Shown in pieces: positions 37,200 to 49,537 of a stretch of 64,000 nucleotides of DNA (the first letter of the stretch is position 1; the number at the start of each line of letters is the position of its first letter). Source of the stretch: Chiloscyllium plagiosum. Lineage: Eukaryota. The notes beneath the pieces were generated by a model, which had not been told where the DNA came from, searched no databases, and saw only the letters and a program-made list of their open reading frames with translations. The DNA lies in assembly GCF_004010195.1 (NCBI RefSeq), contig NC_057718.1, positions 79,127,852-79,191,851 on the forward strand, given 5' to 3'. A program made the translations under genes and the position numbers.

Positions 37200-38869
37200 G
37201 TGAGAAGTTAAATGTTGGTAGATATGATGCTCAATATTGAAAACACATCTTAGTGAATGCCACACCATGTAATAACTTTGCACCAGCAAAAAAGTGATTT
37301 GGGTTGAATTGGATCACAATTTTCACTCCTATGATTCAAATGTACCTAAAAGGGTGATTGAAAGAGCTTTCTGTGACCTTATGGTGTCCTCCTTTTCCAG
37401 TTCAGTGGAGTTAGAGCAGAACAGCACTTGTAGCCTGGGTATTCCAATGGTCAGTTAGTCAGTGAAGCAATGCAGTCTGGAGTTGTGCAGCAGGACACTA
37501 CAGCAGAATGTTGGAGTTTCTTGGGAAATCGATTCCGTTGGGCAATTCGCCTCGATGTGGAATCCTTTTTTTTAAGACAAAACTTACATTGGAGAAATCT
37601 GCTTTTCCACTTTCATTAGTAGTTACCAGAAAAAGTTGGAGGATTTTAAAAAAATATCTAATTTTGGTGACCAATCCTCCTCGTCATCCTCCTCTTCTCC
37701 ACTCCCCCAACTCCCTTGATTCCAGTATCCCTTACACCTAAACAGGCCCCTTTCAACCCAACATGATTCCCTGAGACTAATTCTCCCACCCCCTTCACTG
37801 TTAGCTCTGGCACCCTTTCCATCTGGCAACTTATAACTCCACATTTAACTTGTATACTAAAAGTTTTGCATGAACTGTCATTTGTCTGGCTGTCCTGCTG
37901 GATATTTTAAATTTGAGAAGACAATACATTATTGCTAAAGGGTCAGTGATTTGACCGCCCTTGACTATTCTGCTCTACAGGGGTGTGCTGTGTTGATTTC
38001 AGTTTTGCTCCACCTTTCTGAAGAAGACAGAATCAGAATTCCCCACCAGAAATGTAGAGCTCAATATTTTAAAAAGAGTGCATGACCATCAACTGTGCTT
38101 GCCAGTCCTTGGAATATCTGGCCTTTATTGTTGCATGCTGTGTGCACCAAAGAATACTGGTCACATGACTGATGTATTAGATCTGTACTTTTTGTTTACT
38201 GTTCCATTGGCTGTCCACTATCTCTATGTGAAAAAGCAGTCAATGAATTGGTCAACATTAATCTAGACACTCATGAGTTCTCTCAGACATGACTTTGAAA
38301 GTTTGCATATGTGATTTCAAAAAAATGTCTGTGTGGAGAAATAGACCTAAAGCAGTGATTATTCATGTTAAGGAGAGATGGAGTTACGCCACCTCCACGC
38401 TGCCTCGTTGGGAGTTCTGGAAGCCTTTGCTGGATTTGAAGTAGATGTAGTCATTCAATGCAATTATTCCTTAAACTTGTTAGTTTATGTCCAGAAAAGT
38501 TTAAAATTGTCCATGTCTGTCAAGCTGTTTTGTGTTTTTTTGATATAAATTTCGATGGTTTATTCAAATATCTCAAAAAACACCTCACAATATAAAAAAA
38601 AGTTGATCTCTGAAATGTTTTGAAGTGGTTTCTTGAGCCTGCACAATCAGAAAGATGATGATTCAGGCCACACCCAAGAAAGTACAAGATATGAGTCAGC
38701 CTGTTAAAACTCATCAGTTAATGATACCTTAATTTTAATGTAACAGTTGACAGCAACTTACTCTGTTACAAGCTCTTTTTTGATTGTAGGACAAAAGAAA
38801 TCAATCAGTACTAGTAACATACTTTATGAACTTGTAGTTTAGTATCAAGTAGGGCCAGTGCTGTACACT

Positions 38870-39315
38870 GAATTCTGCAAATGCTGTGGGCCGTGACAAC
38901 ATTCTGGCAATAGTACTGAAGAGTTGTGGTCCAGAACTCGTCCTATCCCTAGTGAAGCTATTCCAGCTACAACACTAGCATCGAAGTGAGAATGTGAAAA
39001 GTTGTCCAGTATGTTCTATTCTCAAAAAGCAGGACAAACCAAACATTCAGTTACTTCATTTATCAATCTATATCAGCAATGTGATGGGAGGAGTTGTCAA
39101 CAGTACTATCAAACAGCACCTGCAAAGGAATAATTTGCTTAGTGACACTAAGTTGAGATTCTGCCAGGGCTATCTGGCTCTTGACTTCATTGCAATCTTC
39201 GTTCAAACAAGGAAGAAAAAGGACTGAACTCTGGTGGTGAAGTAAAAATGACTGCTCTTGATATCAAAGTAGCATTTGACCAATGATAGCATTAAGTAGC
39301 CCAAGCAAAACCTGA
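38870..39315 (+). mobile_element. RT fragment of the same LINE family as 35160-36790
   Basis: KKQDKPN...IKQHLQRNNLLSDTKLRFCQG and ALDIKVAFD. Confidence 0.75.
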
Positions 39316-39779
39316 ATTATAAATAATTAAACCATGTCACAACTTATAGATTTAGGGATTAAAGCTGGGCTAACTCCAGAGCTACACTACCATTTGTTGG
39401 TTTTTTTCTACATACTGGTTATTTCAAACGTTGTTTGTTTTACATGCTATTTCTATCCCAGTTAATTTGTTTTGCTTGTAAATTACCACTATTAGTGCTG
39501 TTTTTGCTGTTCTCAAAGATGTGTCTACATGTTTGCTTTTTTCTCTCCCTTTGATTGAGTGTCTCCTGTAGTTGTTATGGCAGTGACAGGTAAGCTCACC
39601 TCAACTTCGCAAATAGCTCACAAAACTGCTAAGGTGGGAAGAAAAGTTCCAGAAGGTCATCCATGTATGTTATGGCATCCTTACAGACCATGTCCAAACC
39701 ATTGTAAGCACAGACATATTATTGTCAGTGGGAAAATGTGCTGAGTTTGATTGGAGGAGAGCTGAGTGAGGGAGAGGCA

Positions 39780-41290
39780 GCATCTGTAGGAAGTTACTCT
39801 CCAATTCTGTTTCTTTTGAGGTGTTCTCCCAGCTCCTCCCAACTTCTGCATTTAGAGTTTCACATAACTCAGGAAAAAAAATTCTCCTACCTCTATTTTA
39901 AAAGGAAAACCTCTTCTGAGGCTGCGTGCCTTTAGTTGTAGTCTACCTCACAAGAAGGAAAATCTTCCTGGTGTGCACCCTGTCAATCTTCTCAATCTTG
40001 CATGTTTCAGTCAGATGACCTGTTAGTTTTCCAAATTCCATTGGTTACAGTCCCACCCTCTTTAATTATTCCTTATAAGGTAATCCCAGGAGTGACTCAT
40101 GTGAACCTGCTTTGTGCTACATCTGAAGTAATTTAAAATCATATTTAAAATAAGGAGATGAAATCTGTGCCATACTCCCTTGGAATAAACACCAGCATTC
40201 CATTTTCATTTCTAATCACATTCTGTGTCTGCCTACTAAATTTGTAATTCATGTACCAGGACACCCAGATCCCTATGTTATCACCAAGTTTAGCAATTTG
40301 TCTCCATTTAATTGTATAGTGCTTTTCTATTCTTAGTGTCAAAATAGACAAGTTCACTTTTTCTCAATATTAAATTCCAACTGCAAGTTCTTTTTTGTTC
40401 ACTCTCTTAACTATCCATATGTTTGACAAATTCTCTACCTCTTAAAATTTTCAATCTTTCTTAGTCACCATTGATAAATATTTAACGTCCATATATTTGA
40501 ACCCTTTCATCCAAATCATTGATATAGAAAGTAAATAATAAAGGCCTCAGCATTGATCATCGTGGCACTCCAGTAGTTACAGCATCTCAACCTGGAAGAG
40601 ATCTATTTATTTTTATTTTCTGCATCCTGTTAATTAATTCTGTATTCTTACTGATGTTTTGCCCCTATACAATGTGAACTTAATCTTGTGTGATCTTTGA
40701 TGTGGCTCCTTTTTGAATGCCTTTTGGAAATACAAATGCCTTCTACAGGTTCTGATTTATTCCATATTGCTTGCTAATTCCTCAAAAAGAAAGCTAAGTA
40801 TAATTTCTCTTTCACAAAGCCATGTTGCTACCTAATAACATTATACTTTTAAGTGTCCTCTGTAATTGTCTGTCATAATAGATTCCAGCAATTTTCCTGT
40901 GATAGATGTTAGGCTATCTGCTTTATTGTTTCCTGCTTTCTGTGTCTATTTATTATTTTCTAATCCATTGTGGGCTTTCTAGAATCTAAAAAAATTTGCA
41001 AGGTTATAATCAATGCAATCACTGGCCATTTATTTCCTGATCCCAGGAAACTGGCCACTTGGTCCTCTGGAATTTGCCTCCCTTTGGGTTTAATAGCCTC
41101 TAAAGAGCCTTTTTTTCTGGCAGTGATGATTATCTTATGTTCCTCACTCCTTACCAATATCTTGATTTTCTGTTAACTTAGGGAAGTTTTCAAAGTCTTT
41201 CTATAATGAAGACAGACCAAAAAACCTGTTCAAAGCCCTTGTCTTCCATTATTAATTCCCAGGCTCGACTCTAGGGGATCAACACCACCT
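39780..41290 (-). mobile_element. Old CR1 LINE
   Basis: Minus-strand FQKAF-type motif near 40710-40730 and NENGMLVFIPR. Confidence 0.65.
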
Positions 41291-41554
41291 TTAAATGCTC
41301 ATTGTCTATTTAAATGATTGAGGGTATTCTTATATTCTGTCATTGTTACCATTGTTGGAGAAGGCAGCCTCTTAGGCCAAGATAGTGAGTGAACTGAATA
41401 TTGGTTGAAGATTGAGATCCAATTCCTTCTCTGCCTGTGCACTTTCAACTGGGATGTGACTTCTCCTGGAAATACATTATTCATGACTCTGTCAGGCTCT
41501 TGGCTATCCTATCACCGGTAAGGCTGCGAAATGCGGAGCAACAATTGCTGCATC

Positions 41555-41990
41555 TGTAGTCATTGCGAGAGGAGCTGAATACCAAAGTAGGGAGGTTGTA
41601 CTTCAGATAAACAAGGTACCGGTCTGACCAGATATGCAATACTGTGCAGAGTCCTGGTCTTCACATTGAAAGAAAGATGTAATTGTGTTGGAAGCAGTTC
41701 AGAGACAACTTAACTGGAATGGGAGGTTTGTATCCTCTGGAATTTGGAAGAGTAAGAGATGTTTGATTTAAAATATACAAACTCCTGAGAGGTCTCGACA
41801 GATTGGATATGGGGATAACGTTTCCTTTTTATTGGGGATCTAGAACTACATATCACTATTTAAAATTAAGGCTTGTCCTTTCAGGGTATCATTTTTCCAA
41901 AGATCTTTGGAACTGTTCCCCTAAAGGCAATGGAAACATTTTTGAGGTATTTGAATATTTTTAAGACTGAAGTGAATAGAGTCTTTGTAA
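41555..41990 (+). mobile_element. Old CR1 3' fragment
   Basis: Decayed EYQSREVVLQ...YCAESWS and LEAVQR motifs. Confidence 0.6.
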
Positions 41991-42175
41991 GGTAAAGGTA
42001 AGGCCATCGTAGTCCCTGAATGCTAATGGCTGCTTGGTTAGAGAGATGGAGACCACTACTGGTGGTTTAATTTGTGTCATCACACCTCAGGCCAGTTGCT
42101 ATTGCATCTGGGAATTGAATCTGCGCTACTGGTATCACTCTGCATCACAAACCAGCTGTTCAGCCAACTAAGGTC
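41990..42175 (-). mobile_element. Old tRNA-derived SINE with (ACCTTT) tail
   Basis: AAGGTAAAGGTAAGG tail and B-box-like GATTCAATTCCC on the minus strand; related to 24605-24782 and 49030-49365. Confidence 0.55.
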
Positions 42176-42288
42176 AACAAACAGAACAACTTGAATATTT
42201 CATATTGCTAAAACTTTATAATTAAACTTTAATTTCAATGGTTTATGAACTCTAACTACTTTAAAAGCTTTTGTTTTTTGAATTTTAG

Positions 42289-42468
42289 AGACCTTGGCAT
42301 GAATATGAACATAACTTCCAAATAATGTACAAGGTAGGAATGGGTCACAAGCCTCCCATCCCGGAGAGATTAAGTCCAGAAGGCAAAGATTTCCTGTCTC
42401 ATTGCCTAGAGAGTGATCCAAAACACCGGTGGACATCTAGTCAACTCCTAGATCATCCATTTGTTAAG
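42289..42468 (+). CDS. MAP3K4: MAP3K4 kinase exon (180 nt)
   Basis: TTTTAG acceptor, GTGACT donor; encodes RPWHEYEHNFQIMYKVGMGHKPPIPERLSPEGKDFLSHCLESDPKHRWTSSQLLDHPFVK. Confidence 0.98.
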
Positions 42469-42979
42469 GTGACTGCTGAGAGTGCAATATATAGCTAAAG
42501 CCAACTTTTCCAAATTCAGGACTTTCAGTCAGGTTGCACAATGTTTGGATTGTGAGCATAAATGCAAGTTACTGTGTCATTTGTTGTAGTATGGTGTTAA
42601 CTCAGCATTATGCAAAGACGTAGATTTATACAGAGCTCGCTGCATTTTGGATGTTATAGCCATGCTTGGGATTTTTCGGGATATGTTAACACAATGTTTT
42701 TAAAACCTATCAGCTGCACTTGGCTGACACCTTTGTAATCAATGGTGATTATTCCCACTTTAGTCAGTTTAAAAGTGATATGACTGATATCTTCTTTAGA
42801 ATGGAAAGACACATCCTGAAAACTGACTTATTTTACAAGTACAAATGTCATAAATTGGATTGATGTCCAGGTCATATCTACATGTTACGACAACGATTTA
42901 GCCCTTGATTATGTGCTATTATTTTCAACTAAGCTGCTAACATTCAAACAATAACTCGGCCTGAATGTTATTTTTCCAG

Positions 42980-43000
42980 GTTTGCTGTGATGAAGAATGA
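42980..43000 (+). CDS. MAP3K4: MAP3K4 terminal coding exon (VCCDEE-stop)
   Basis: TTTTTCCAG acceptor then GTT TGC TGT GAT GAA GAA TGA; the mammalian protein ends VCTDEE. Confidence 0.95.
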   Translation, partial: VCCDEE

Positions 43001-43520
43001 AGCTGCCTGAACAAGGGCTCTAGTGGTCTCCACAACACACGAGAAGCAATCACTACTGCAAGTGCCAAGAACACTGTACAACTAAGGGTCGTACTGACAG
43101 GGGTCATTGTACCACTGCTTCTGTGAAGCTGATAGGCCAAGACTGCACATGTTGGGCAATTGACTGTCTAGCAATTTAAAATAAGCTGCATGCTCAATTG
43201 GAAGTGCCATTACTACTGTACAGACTGTTGTGGGTTCCTGTTCTTTTGCCCCACCCCTTTCACATTTGGGAACTGTAAAACAAATCTGTAGTGTGTCAGT
43301 TTTCTATAGGTTCCTTCCCATTTTGTGTTGTTAAATATTCTGATTTGTAAAATGTTTTTATCTCCTGTTTGTTGTGCTATAAACACCTATTATACTGTGG
43401 ATTAAGAATGCACTGACTCCCAAGAACGTTTGCATATCTGAGTTTGTTATGGAAGGATGTAGACTGATTAATGAAATACAATTGCTTTCCAATAAATTCT
43501 TTATTTTAGGAACGTTGTGT
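43001..43520 (+). other. MAP3K4: MAP3K4 3' UTR (minimum extent)
   Basis: Repeat-free sequence after the stop codon. AATAAA at 43491-43496 is followed by U/GU-rich sequence. Longer isoforms are possible. Confidence 0.65.
43491..43496 (+). terminator. Candidate polyadenylation signal
   Basis: AATAAA about 490 nt after the stop, with GTTGTGTTG downstream. Confidence 0.55.
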
Positions 43521-45519
43521 TGATGAAAATGTACATTGAGTCTCTCCAATATGTGATTCAAGCAACATGGCCACAGGCCTCACCAGTGACAGTTTTGTTG
43601 ATAGTCTTCATATATGGGATAAAAATGCTACTTTCAGCTTAGTTGATTTATCTGACCTGTAACAGTATCCTTTGAATTATTTTAGCCAGGTTCATATTAA
43701 CTTAACTGATGCATATTTTCTTAGCATAGTGATGTCACAGCATTGTCTGTCTTTATTCAGTAAGGCATTGATCAGTTTTATGAAATGTAGTTATGAAATT
43801 ATTCAAGTGTCATTCTTTCTTCCTTTTACAATGTGTGTTCTTTGAAGATATCCAAATTGAGGTAGACAAATTTTAAAGTTTAATAATTTGGCACTGTTTG
43901 CAATATTTATTTACATTCATTGATCAAGGATAGTGCATCTTATTTCAAAAATGTCAGTAAACCAATGAAAATACATTCCATTTTAATTAGGTAACATAAA
44001 CATTTCATAAGCTAAGTATTTCTGAGACAAAACAACTCATTAGTAACCGGTTCCAGTTACTGTGATTCTTTTGTATTGGAAACATAACAGCAAGTTAATT
44101 TCAAAATGCTGAGAGTGCCATTTCTGAAAGCAAGCACCTAAATCATTAGTAATGAACTGCCAAATGAAAAAAAGCTTCAACAGGATTCATGTGCCTGAAG
44201 TTGAGGATGAAGGGTCTACTTTGTGTCTCTTCAGGAAGAGAAACCTGAAAATGTATTACTCAGTGTCTTCAACAGCAACTCTACTCCTACGTGGTCACAG
44301 TCTATACCAGCACTTATTCTCCCAGAAGCCTTCAAACAGGAATTACAATATCACTACTCCAGAACTGACAAAGCCTGTCTTTTAGATACAAGTGAGCAAC
44401 TTTTAGATACAAGTGAGCAACTCGATAGCCACTTTGTTGGGGCAGTTAAGCTTGTTGTTTGGAGTCACAAATAAACGACACTGGGTAAAGTTGAAAGGGC
44501 AGACTTCATTCTGCAAAGAACATTGCTGACCCCATTAGAGTTTGCGATAATCCTGTTGCTTAATGATCATTTTTAATTTTATTTCTAGACATTTTAAACT
44601 AAATGAAAATTCTCAAACTGACCTGCTGCACTTTGAATTTAGATTTTGTAGATTATTAGCAAAATAACAACTAATATATTCCACATCCTAATAATTTTAT
44701 ATTAAAGATGAGTTTGATCAATTAAATATGCTATTTACATCATGACATTTAGCAGTAACTCTGCATTTTTCTTGTCTGATCATCAAAGTGCCATCAATTC
44801 AGTAAAATTATCACTTTTAATTGATTGTAATAAAAGAGGAGCTATGACAACTGTTTCAATTAGGTAAATTGTTTAGGCATAGGAAATTGAGTTTTGGTGT
44901 CATGAATGGCATCAATCGCACCTTAATTTCCAGGGACTTATACACATTAAAATGAAATCTACAACATATTAGTCTCTAGAAAATTCCATTGACTATTTTA
45001 GATCCGTATTTGAATGGATAGAATGTTGATTGTTTTTCAGCTCATGTTCATCTTAATGTTGCTGCTTTAAATGAAATAAGCTGAAGTTCACGATATGAAA
45101 CCGCTTCTTTGTCGGGGCCTGATGTACTTCATTCTTTGTCCAGTAGTGACAGTATGCCATTGTTGCAATGGTGCAGTTGATCACTGTGTCCTTGTTACAG
45201 ATGTAAATTTTGCCTTCAAATTGCTGCTTTGAATTATTTTCATTTTTGTCAGATCTCAGACTAAGTGCAATTTTTTTTATTGCTGTCTGGTATTCTAGGT
45301 TTTGATGTGTTTTTTAAAAGTTGGGAAAGTGTTTTTGCTGGTTATTATTTAGTATTTGGAGCATGTGTTCAGACAGCATTTTAAGTATATGCATACACAG
45401 CTAGTGGTAGACTATTATCTGGGATTGCTGCTGCTTTGAGGCACCGTCTGCATCATGGAGTAGGGTCACAAGTAAGTTATTCTGTTCATTTTGACTTCTA
45501 TTTTGGCCAGGCAGGCCTC

Positions 45520-46920
45520 AAATCAGCTGGGTATGTGGGAATTGGCTCAGATGGTTTGTATGAATGTCCCATAATGTTAGTTTATTATTTGTATATTAAT
45601 CCGGCTTTGAGTCTAGCTGATTTAAAGTGTGGAAGGGGCAGCATTTATGCAATAGTTGGGTTTGGGGGGAAGAGAGGGACGTTGATTATTCAGATTAATT
45701 GATCGGAAATTGAGAATGGCAGAATAATGGTTTGTCCAACTGCCAGACTGGAAAGAAGAGTCTTACTGGGGTGGTGGGGGAAGAGTGGAGAGATGACAGG
45801 GTGAAGGAAAATGTAACTAGTAAAGCTAAAAGGGAAGGAATGGGAATGGGTTCACAGTTTGAAGATGTTGAATTCAATACTAGGTCCAGAAGGTTGTGAA
45901 GTTACTGCTTCACCTGGAAAGCCTGTTTAGGCCCTTGGAGTGTGTGTGTGTGTGTGGTGTCTAGTGGAAATAGTGGTATTAGAGGTCCTGAAGGGACCCC
46001 TTTGAAATGCAGGCAGAGAGTGATGAGAGACGTTTGTTGAAGGTGTTCTGTTGGAGTTGTCTGAAGTGGTGGAGAATGATCCTTTGAATGTTGAAGCTGG
46101 TGGGATGAAAAGTAAGGACAAGAGGGACCTGTGTATACTGGTGTAAGTGGTGGGAATGGGCAAGGGTGGAAAGGAAAGGGATAAGTCAGAGGCAGTTGAA
46201 GCCTCTGATAATTGGCTGGGAAACTATGGTTATGGAAGAGGAAGTCAAGTAAGTAGTGCTGTTTTGGAAGGTGGATGGCAGGGAGCACTTACCAAAGTGG
46301 AGATGGAAAGGGTATGGAAAGAAAAGGAAGTGTCAGAAGTGGACCATGGGAAAGTTTGAGGGATGGAAAATGGTGGCAAAATGAACAAATTTTGAGGTCC
46401 AGGTGGGAGCATGACATGACACTGTACTGGAAAAAAGTGGGAGACAGTCAGTGTAGGATTATTTCACATACCCTAATAAAGAAGCATGTGACCATATCTC
46501 ATTTCTGCAAAGGAGTGGCTAAGTTAAAGGAGAAATTGTCCAGGGAGAACAAATTCAGTCAAGTGGAGGAGAGTGGTGGGGGGACAGTATAGAGGGATTG
46601 GCCATCTGTGGTGAACATGTGGCAGTCAGGGCCAGGGAAATGGTCAATATGGCAGAAGGCATCACACATGTAGGTGGGTAGAAGCTAGACAAGTGGACAG
46701 AGGACGGAGTCAAGGTAGGAGGAAATGAGCTCAATGGGATAGGAACAGGCTGATTAGATAGGCCTACCCAGGCAGTCTGGATTTGGGAAGGAGGTAGAAT
46801 TAGGCTGTGCAGAGTCAGGAGACTAAGGGTGGAGGCAGTGGGGTGAAGATCTTTGTTGGTAATTAAGTCAGTAACAGTCCTGGCAACAATGACTTGGTGT
46901 TCAAATGTGGGGTCAGTAAC
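45520..46920 (-). mobile_element. Very degraded Penelope-like element
   Basis: Minus-strand DPTFEHQ...TVTDLITNKDLHPTAS and QGPKQAFQVKQ. Confidence 0.7.
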
Positions 46921-48445
46921 TTTTACATTAAGCATGAATTGTTTTATCTAACACCTGAAGTGTTACACAGAAGTGCAATTTGCTGATGCATTTCAAGCGA
47001 TTTAAAAATATGCAATGTACTTCATGGTAAGCCCCTTCCACAACCCATGTGACTGGAAGACTTTGCATCAGTAGATACAAAAATTACAGGGAATTAAAAT
47101 GAGAGGCTATGATTAAAGGACATATGTACAAAACACACTACTTGTCCTTTTCTATTTTTATTTGGTTTATGTGATAAAAAAAAGTTTTAGCCATACAAGT
47201 ATCATGCCACATGCTATATTTTAAAAGCAGTTACTTAGATGAATATTCAGGAACTCTTGAAGTTGGTCTGTGCAGGGAAAGTAAATAGGAGGTGTAAACA
47301 GCTGTGGAGCTTTATTCAAGACTATCGGGCTTAGTATTATGTAAAGACAGCAACATTCCTTCACAGGGAATACTGATCCTATACATTGCAACTCAGTAAG
47401 AAAGTTGGAATTAACTTTGTGGTTCTTCAGTTTCATTAGTTTGGGGAGATGTTGCCAAACAGAGCACATAAGACATTAGGCCAGATGGCAATGGGGAGAA
47501 AAAAGTCATGGACTAGAATGGATGAATAAACTTTTCAAATATTAGTGTAAATCTCTGAAGTACTGAAGTTGTATTGCTGTTGTGAAAGGCACTATATAAA
47601 AACGTGCTGAAATGGACCATAACTATATCTTCAAGTTATAAGTGAACTTCCCCACAATTCCAAATGTTAATTCAATATTGCTCAAGGCTGAACTGAGACA
47701 GGAAAGTTTTTAGTTATACAGTACTTAGCTCCTGCCATAGAAACAATATGTTCAGTCAGATCATCATAATCCATACTTAACCATTTTTACTCCTTGCAAG
47801 ACTATCCACTAATAAAAGAGTGGAAAATAATTATTGGTGGAAGAGAGTTCCACAATTGTTTCACTTTGATTTTGTTTAATTGTCATTCAGACAATTGATA
47901 CAAGTAATGTTTTTGTTCATGTTCATAAGTAATAAAAGTAGAGAATTATATATTACATTGAAACAGTGAATTAGACATTCATAATTAAAATGTTTCTGCA
48001 AAGATTTCACAAGGACTCCATTTAACGATCACAGTGCAGGTGATTATATTGTTTTGGTCTCTTGCTGCATGATGTAGCTTTAAATGATTTAAATTAATAA
48101 TAGCATTATTTAGTTTAATATCCCAGTGAGATCCTGAATTGAAAAATGTACAGGTCTTTGTCTAAAGCTAAGTAGGCAGTTGAATACTTGAGTTAAACTC
48201 CTTAAGTCATGGAATGCAGAATACAGCTCCCAGAATACAGAATTTATGAGCAGAGATCAAAATATCATACAAATGGTGCGAGTGGAGTGTTGAATAATAA
48301 GTCTCTGCAAGTGACCAAGGGCGTTGGACAGTGAGTAAAGTGTCAACAGCTGAATAATAACCGATTAAATGAGGCAGAGATAATTAGAAAATTAAAAATA
48401 AAGGTGGTGCTGGAGACAATGTGACTGGAATTTGAGTATATTTGA

Positions 48446-48653
48446 AATCAGAGCTGAAAATGTGTTGCTGGAAAAGCGCAGCAGGTCAGGCAGCATCCAA
48501 GGAACAGGAGAATCGACGTTTCGGGCATAAGCCCTTCAGGAATCTGGGGAGGAAGAGAGCTTCTTCAAGGAAGGCATCCTTGTAAGAGGGTTCACAGTAG
48601 GTTAAAATCTTCGAGGAGAAAGTGAGGGCTGCAGATGCTGGAGATCAGCATCT
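48446..48653 (-). mobile_element. Young, circularly permuted Penelope pseudo-LTR mini-insertion
   Basis: CpG-intact pseudo-LTR (GGGCTTATGCCCGAAACGTCG); AAATCA at both ends (48445-48450 and 48654-48659). Confidence 0.75.
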
Positions 48654-49029
48654 AAATCACACAAGCTTTCAGAGTGTAGCTGTCAAAGGGGCTGCGCTCT
48701 GAAAGCTTGTGACAATTTGTATGTTTTTTTTATCTCTGCCCAGAAATTCTGTGCTTTCCCCTCACCACCTGACAAAGAGGCTATGCTCCAAAAGCTTGTG
48801 ATTTCAAATATCTGCATTGATAAACTAACTTAGAGGAACAAAAAGAATTCCAAGACAACTTCACTATTTAGTACTTCAGAGAGAGTGGTCATACATGTCA
48901 TCACATAAAAGGTCCAAGACATTTAACATACAATGTTATGCATATACTTTCTTTGCTGCCAGTTAACAATAAATAAAGGCTGGATTCTGGTACATCCTTG
49001 GGTAATTTTCTCAGCAATTGCTATATTAC

Positions 49030-49365
49030 AAAAAGGTAAAGTTGTTATTCTTGCCAGACCATAAAAGCTGCTTTCTCATTTGAGAGGGACAGACAGAGAC
49101 ATAGCAGGTGGTGGTTTAGCCTGAGGGCTAGCACACCTCAGTTGAGGAGAGACGTTGAGAAGCAAAGTCCTTCATGGTAACCTCATAACTGGACTGCAAA
49201 TGACACATATTTAGTGTCCAGTCTATTTCCAGCTTTCACAAAAGTACATCTCCAGCTTCTACTGTACTGCCCTACAAATGTAGGTTGTTTAGCTCAATTA
49301 CCTGGACAGCTGATTCCTAATGCAGAGACATTAGCAATGCAGGTTTGATTCCTGTCCCAGCTAAC
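49030..49365. mobile_element. (ACCTTT)-tailed SINE pieces: tail part on minus (49030-49190), head part on plus (49288-49365)
   Basis: Similarity to 41990-42175. Confidence 0.45.
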
Positions 49366-49537
49366 AGCACAGGCAAAAGCTGATTAGTGAGTAAAATTGG
49401 TGAATATTTGTAGTCTTTCACATGGAAGTCTTCAGTTTGTTTAGGTACCAATGCTTTTCTTTCTTAAAAATAATATTCAAGTTTATAAAAAGAATATTAC
49501 ATTAAAGTGTAAACAGCAGGAAATCTCCAGTAATTAA

